Assembly: GCA_964016885.1 (NCBI GenBank)
Contig: OZ024745.1
Span: 115,258,001-115,322,000, forward strand
From: Eledone cirrhosa
Taxonomy: Eukaryota
Length of the DNA stretch: 64,000 bases
Direction: 5' to 3'
The notes under the pieces are model-generated. The model saw only the letters and a program-made list of their open reading frames with translations. It did not search any database and was not told the DNA's origin. Below, one piece after another: positions 55,791 to 64,000 of the stretch. A program made the position numbers and the translations under genes. How positions within the stretch are numbered: position 1 is the first letter of the stretch; every line of letters starts with the position of its first letter.

Positions 55791-56103
55791 ATAACAAACC
55801 TTTATCGGGCAATAGCCTTTGATACCCGGACAGACCAAAATCTGTTTCGCCAGAATTACTAAGTGAAAGCCGAGAATATCACAGATTGAGTTATAAACTC
55901 AAAATATTCTCTTACAATTTGTTTTAAATTAGTATTTTTTCAACCTAGCTAACTTGGTCATTTGCAATTGGGACACATGTATACTTATATCTGTGTTCAC
56001 TCCTCACATATATTCAATTATATTACACGGCTCGGAAAGATTCCCTTCTTTGAGCTATCTAATTGTAAAAGACTATTTTGAGTTTATAACTCAATCTATG
56101 ACA

Positions 56104-56182
<79 letters not shown>

Positions 56183-56186
<4 letters not shown>

Positions 56187-57438
56187 GGCCTAAGTATTAC
56201 CTACGAACTGAACCATAACAAGGTAAACTTTCTAGATGTGACTCTAAATCTAAATACGGGATTAATAGAACCTTTCCACAAAAATAATGAAAATCTGGCC
56301 TACATTAGTTATAACTCAAACCACCCCAAATCCATAATCAGATCCATAGCACGTAGTATATCCCTTAGAATATCCCGCTTATCCTCAAACCTAGACATTT
56401 TTAATGAACATGCTAACTATTATAACGCAGCATTACATAGGGCTGGACATAAAGATAAACTGCAGTATATAGCGAATAAAGACAGCTTAAACAAACCTAA
56501 TAGCAATTATACCAACCGCTCACACAAAAATAGAGGTAACAGGACTAGACATAGGGTTAGGCACGTAGCACCTAGAGTAAGCGGTCCAAACACCAATAAT
56601 GTAAACCCTAGAAACAATAGAAAAATCAGAGAAAGCAAATACCTATGGTTCAATCCAATCTTCAACTCCTCTGTAAAAACCAGACTGCTTTCTACATTCT
56701 TTAAACTAATAGATAAACACTTCCCTATTTCACACAGATATCATAAAATACTCAATAGAAACACTATAAAACTCTCATACAGCAAATATAGAATCGCACA
56801 TACGCAAGATCAACCACAGAAATATCTCTAGGGAATCCGCCCCACCTATGCGCAACCTAGCACCAAATTATAAGCATAAACACATCACAGTATCACAACC
56901 GCAAGCGCATACAAGCACGCAGCAGCAAAACCCCAACGGGCATGAATCACAACCCACTTATAACAGTGTACAAAACAGCAGTGTAGAAGCTGCACGAAAT
57001 AACACCTCAAACTGTAACTGTCACCTACCGGATAGGTGCCCATTGGCGAATAGAAGCCTCAATTCGAGCCTAGTGTACATGTGTACGGTCAACTCAGACA
57101 ACTCCACTTTGCATTACATTGGATCCACCGCGGGTACTTTTAAAAAAAGATGGTATGTGCACAGACACTCGATGAAAAATCGTGCACTTATGGATTCTAC
57201 AACCTTCGCCAAAAAAATCTGGGAACTTAAGGACAACAACACCAACTACAGTATCAACTGGTTGAGGTTGTCGGCCGCAAAGACCTACAGTACCGGTATG
57301 TCCCACTGTAGTCTATGTGATCTAGGATTACTGTATATCCTTAGAAATGTAAAAAGGCTACTTAACAACAAGTTAGAAAGGTCTATCTTCTGCAGACACA
57401 GGATCGCCACTAAATTCACAAGATTTAAACCTCCGTGA
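56183..57438 (+). mobile_element. 5'-truncated Penelope-like element ORF (one frameshift)
   Basis: KVNFLDVTLNLNTG, SNHPKSI, CNCHLPDRCPL, LVYMC..YIGSTAGTFKKRWYVH, CSLCDL, CRH. Begins directly at (TA)n. Confidence 0.9.
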
Positions 57439-58223
57439 ATTGAACCGACGTAACCTAGCTTTCAACTTAAGATACCCACTACACTGCACGAACCACCACA
57501 GAGATATAATCATTAAGTACATTCTAGCCTTCTTAGTTCTATACCACACTAATGTCTGTAAGTACCTCATCAACCCATAAGCATATCTCTTCTCAGCTGC
57601 TGTCAGCACTTGAACCTAAATCCAAGAACATTTCAAAATACTACTACAACAGAACTTTACCTTCCTCCTGTTATAATTATAGTCAGCATGTTTTCTTTTT
57701 ATATGTATGTATATATGTGTATGTATATATATATATATGTTTGTGTGCATGTATGTATATATATATATATTGCCTCCTTAACCTCTGTATTAACTTGCCC
57801 ATTATATTGCTACTCTGTTAATGTTGTCTTATACATGTATGTTATTGATGATGAGAAAGCTAGAAAACCCTTTCATCTAATATAGACCACACAAATCTCA
57901 CTACAGTGATAAATTCTTCATCTGTCAGATAATAAACGATTCTTACGGCCACCAGACCTACATTGTTTAAATACACCGGCTTATCTTTACACTAGATATA
58001 ATACACCCCATGACAGCTTTTACGTGTCAATTTTACACATCATCCTCATGTCAGCTAGTTTTACACGCTAAAATCGTAGATATACTATACTTCCCAACTA
58101 GATTGATGTGATTATTTCAAATAATTTATTGTAGCATTGTTAGTATTGTTGTTATTGTTCTGATTGAATGCCATTACTACTATATATAGTAGCCATGCCT
58201 GTATATTCTTTTCATTCTCACAA

Positions 58224-58329
58224 GCTCCGATGAATTGACTGGTTATAATTTTGTATTGGTGATCGAATAACGTGAAAATAAGCGGGTAGCGAGCTCTAGA
58301 CCTACCAGTTAAGAGAAACAATTGTCAGC
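58224..58329 (+). ncRNA. Hammerhead-like motif (CCGATGA core, long stem II insert, palindromic stem III)
   Basis: GCT-CCGATGA-ATTGACTGG...CCAGTTAAGA-GAAA-CAATTG-TC-AGC. Confidence 0.6.
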
Positions 58330-58378
58330 AATGAGATTAAAAACCTTTTTTGTATAGCAACCGTGTCACTCTTCTTTC

Positions 58379-61270
<2,892 letters not shown>

Positions 61271-61271
61271 A

Positions 61272-61365
<94 letters not shown>

Positions 61366-61494
61366 ACATACACACACACATATATATGTGTGTGTGTGTA
61401 TATATATGTGTGTTTGTGTGTTGTAGTGGCATGTGCATGTGAGTGTGTGTGCGTATGTGTATTTGTGTATAAATGCATATATATATATATGTGT

Positions 61495-61904
61495 AGAAGT
61501 TATATTTAATTTGTTGGGATACAATATAACTGATATAAAGCACTCAACAAATTATTGAAGTAAAAATACAATATATTAACAAATGGAAACTATATTTATA
61601 AAACCATATTTATTTCATTATACTTATTTCAAGGACACCAAAGCAAATTATGGTGTGCTTTCATCAGATAAAATATAATATAGATCAGTTTTATAAACAA
61701 ATATTGACCATGTCGGTTGGAAGCTCCCGGGAGCTTCCAACCGACATGGTCGCATTCTTTAAGGGTATGTCAATATTTGTTTATAAAACTGATCTATATT
61801 ATATTTTATCTGATGAAAGCGCACCATAATTTGCTTTGGTGTCCTTGAAATATGTATAATGAAATAAATATGGTTTTATAAATATAGTTTCCATTTGTTA
61901 ATCT

Positions 61905-61910
<6 letters not shown>
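61495..61910. mobile_element. Palindromic element with hammerheads at 61611-61675(-) and 61802-61866(+) and a nested GC-rich palindrome
   Basis: TATTTTAT-CTGATGA-AAGCGCACCA..TGGTGTCCTT-GAAA-TATGTA-TA-ATGAAATA; centre GACCATGTCGGTTGGAAGCTCCC|GGGAGCTTCCAACCGACATGGTC. Confidence 0.88.
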
Positions 61911-61964
<54 letters not shown>

Positions 61965-62065
61965 CATGTGTGTGCATGCGTGTGTGTGGTGTGTGTGTCT
62001 GTGTGTGTATGTGTGTGTGTGATGTGTGTGTGTGTCCGTGGTGTGTGAGTGTATGGTGTGTGTAT

Positions 62066-62105
<40 letters not shown>

Positions 62106-62118
62106 TGTGATGTGTGTG

Positions 62119-62196
<78 letters not shown>

Positions 62197-62669
62197 TGGT
62201 GTGTATAAGCAGAAAGACTGAAGTAAAAAGGGGATAATTGTAGAAAGAGTGAAAGGTAAGTTGCTGGCCAGGTAAATGTAGATCTGTGAAGCGAGAGTGA
62301 AAGATCTCCTACACTCAAATATCTAGTTAAAAGTAGGGGATTGAAAGAAAAGTTTAAAAAAGAAAAGAAGGAAAACTGTTGAAAGAGTGAACGGAGAAAA
62401 TACGTAATATCGATATCTGGTTGACATGTGGCCAGCTGTGGGCGTCTGATGGTTATTTTGAACGTGACAGATTGAGAAATGGCCAGGCAGACGACAACCC
62501 AGAACGTGTGGTAGGAGGGGGGGGGGGTAGTGAAAGAGAAAGGTGAGTTGAAGGGTGATAGTAGGAGGGAGAGTGGCTAATATAGAGAAAAACTTGGAGT
62601 GAGAAAGACTTGGAGAAGAGGAAAAAAATGATGAGACACTTGTAGAGCGAGTTGGGGCTTGTGTTTGAA

Positions 62670-63004
62670 GTGGAGTGAGAGAGAGAGAGAGGGAGAGAGA
62701 TTTACAGAGTGTATATTTAAATGGAGAGAGAGAGAGAGAGAGAGAGGAGGGAGAGATTTTCAGAGTGTATATTTAAATGGAGAGAGAGAGAGAGAGGGGA
62801 GGGAGAGATTTTCAGAGTGTATATTTAAATGGAGAGAGAGAGAGAGAGAGAGAGGGGAGGGAGAGATTTTCAGAGTGTATATTTAAATGGAGAGAGAGAG
62901 AGAGAGAGAGAGGGGAGGGAGAGATTTTCAGAGTGTATATTTAAATGGAGAGAGAGAGTGAGAGAGAGAGAGAGAGAGGAGGGAGAGATTTACAGAGTGT
63001 ATAT

Positions 63005-63047
<43 letters not shown>

Positions 63048-63590
63048 AGGGAGAGATTTTCAGAGTGTATATTTAAATGGAGAGAGAGAGTGAGAGAGAG
63101 AGAGAGAGGAGGGAGAGATTTTCAGAGTGTATATTTAAATGGAGAGAGAGAGAGAGAGAGAGAGGAGGGAGAGATTTTCAGAGTGTATATTTAAATGGAG
63201 AGAGAGAGAGAGAGAGAGAGGAGGGAGAGGAGGGAGAGATTTACAGAGTGTATATTGAAATGGAGAGAGAGAGGGGGGGTGGAGATTTTCAGAGTGTATA
63301 TTTGAATGGAGAGAGAGAGAGAGGGGGGAAGAGAGAGAGGGAGAGAGGGAGAGAGATTTTCAGAGTGTATATTTAAATGGAGAGAGAGAGTGAGAGAGAG
63401 AGAGAGAGAGAGGAGGGAGAGATTTACAGAGTGTATATTGAAATGGAGAGAGAGAGAGGGGGGGGGGTGGAGATTTTCAGAGTGTATATTTGAATGGAGA
63501 GAGAGAGGGGGGGAGAGAGAGAGAGAGGGAGAGAGGGAGAGAGATTTACAGAGTGTATATTTAAATGGAGAGAGAGAGAGAGAGAGTTGT
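62670..63590. repeat. Minisatellite of about 60 bp (GAGATTTTCAGAGTGTATATTTAAATGG + variable GA tract)
   Basis: About 15 visible units. Confidence 0.92.
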
Positions 63591-63872
63591 GGAGAGTGAG
63601 GGGGAAGCGATATCTGAATGGTAACCTGTACTATATCTTGGGTTGGCTGATAAAAACCGAAAGACAAGGGCCAAAAGCAAATGAAAGAGTTGAAATTATA
63701 TATGTGGAATATTATTAAGGTGAAGTAATTTAAGCAAAAGTTGAAAGAAAGATCTAACTTGTGTATGTGTGTGTATGTATCACACACACATACACACACA
63801 CACACACACTCAGACACACACACACACACACTCTCTCTCACTATATATATATTTAATTATGTAATAAGCAAC

Positions 63873-63921
<49 letters not shown>

Positions 63922-63929
63922 ATATGTAT

Positions 63930-64000
63930 ATATCATAGATTGAGTTATAAACTCAAAATAGTCTTTTACAATTAAATAGCTCAAGGAAGGGAATCTTTCC
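63930..64000. repeat. Dispersed repeat end, inverted copy of 56032-56105 (itself inverted against 55878-55920)
   Basis: ATAGATTGAGTTATAAACTCAAAATAGTCTTTTACAATT; adjoins (TA)n. Confidence 0.8.

Noticed and set aside
55820-55855. Minus-strand GAAA-CAGA/TCTG-TC half hammerhead
   Set aside because: A good stem III and GUC site, but no CUGANGA partner could be located.
62659-63718. Repeat-spacer-like array and Arg/Glu ORFs
   Set aside because: The spacers are only variable GA tracts; this is a minisatellite.

Overview
Animal (not prokaryotic) repeat-dominated DNA, probably cephalopod/octopus; this is inferred from the SINE types and the extreme microsatellite load. I recognise no host protein-coding gene, and most long ORFs in the track are translated microsatellites. 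The window contains decayed retroelements sitting in simple repeats: at least 8 Penelope-like (PLE; RT plus GIY-YIG) ORF remnants, two RTE-clade LINE families, an internally deleted Tx1/L1-clade element with a 17-bp TSD, R4/Dong-like and CRE-like RLE remnants, about 20 copies of a tRNA-derived Meta-type SINE, CORE-like SINEs, non-autonomous Helitrons and several minisatellites. The main observation is about 27 hammerhead-ribozyme-like motifs (counted by eye) from several unrelated sequence families. Many lie on both arms of fold-back (palindromic) PLE-derived units embedded in (TA)n. These units repeatedly have one arm that stops in (TA)n and one arm carrying an extra 40-100 bp tail. The motifs show stem covariation between copies and unusual catalytic-core variants (U3-A8, U4C, U4A). 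All structure calls are manual, coordinates are approximate to a few bases, and nothing was tested computationally.
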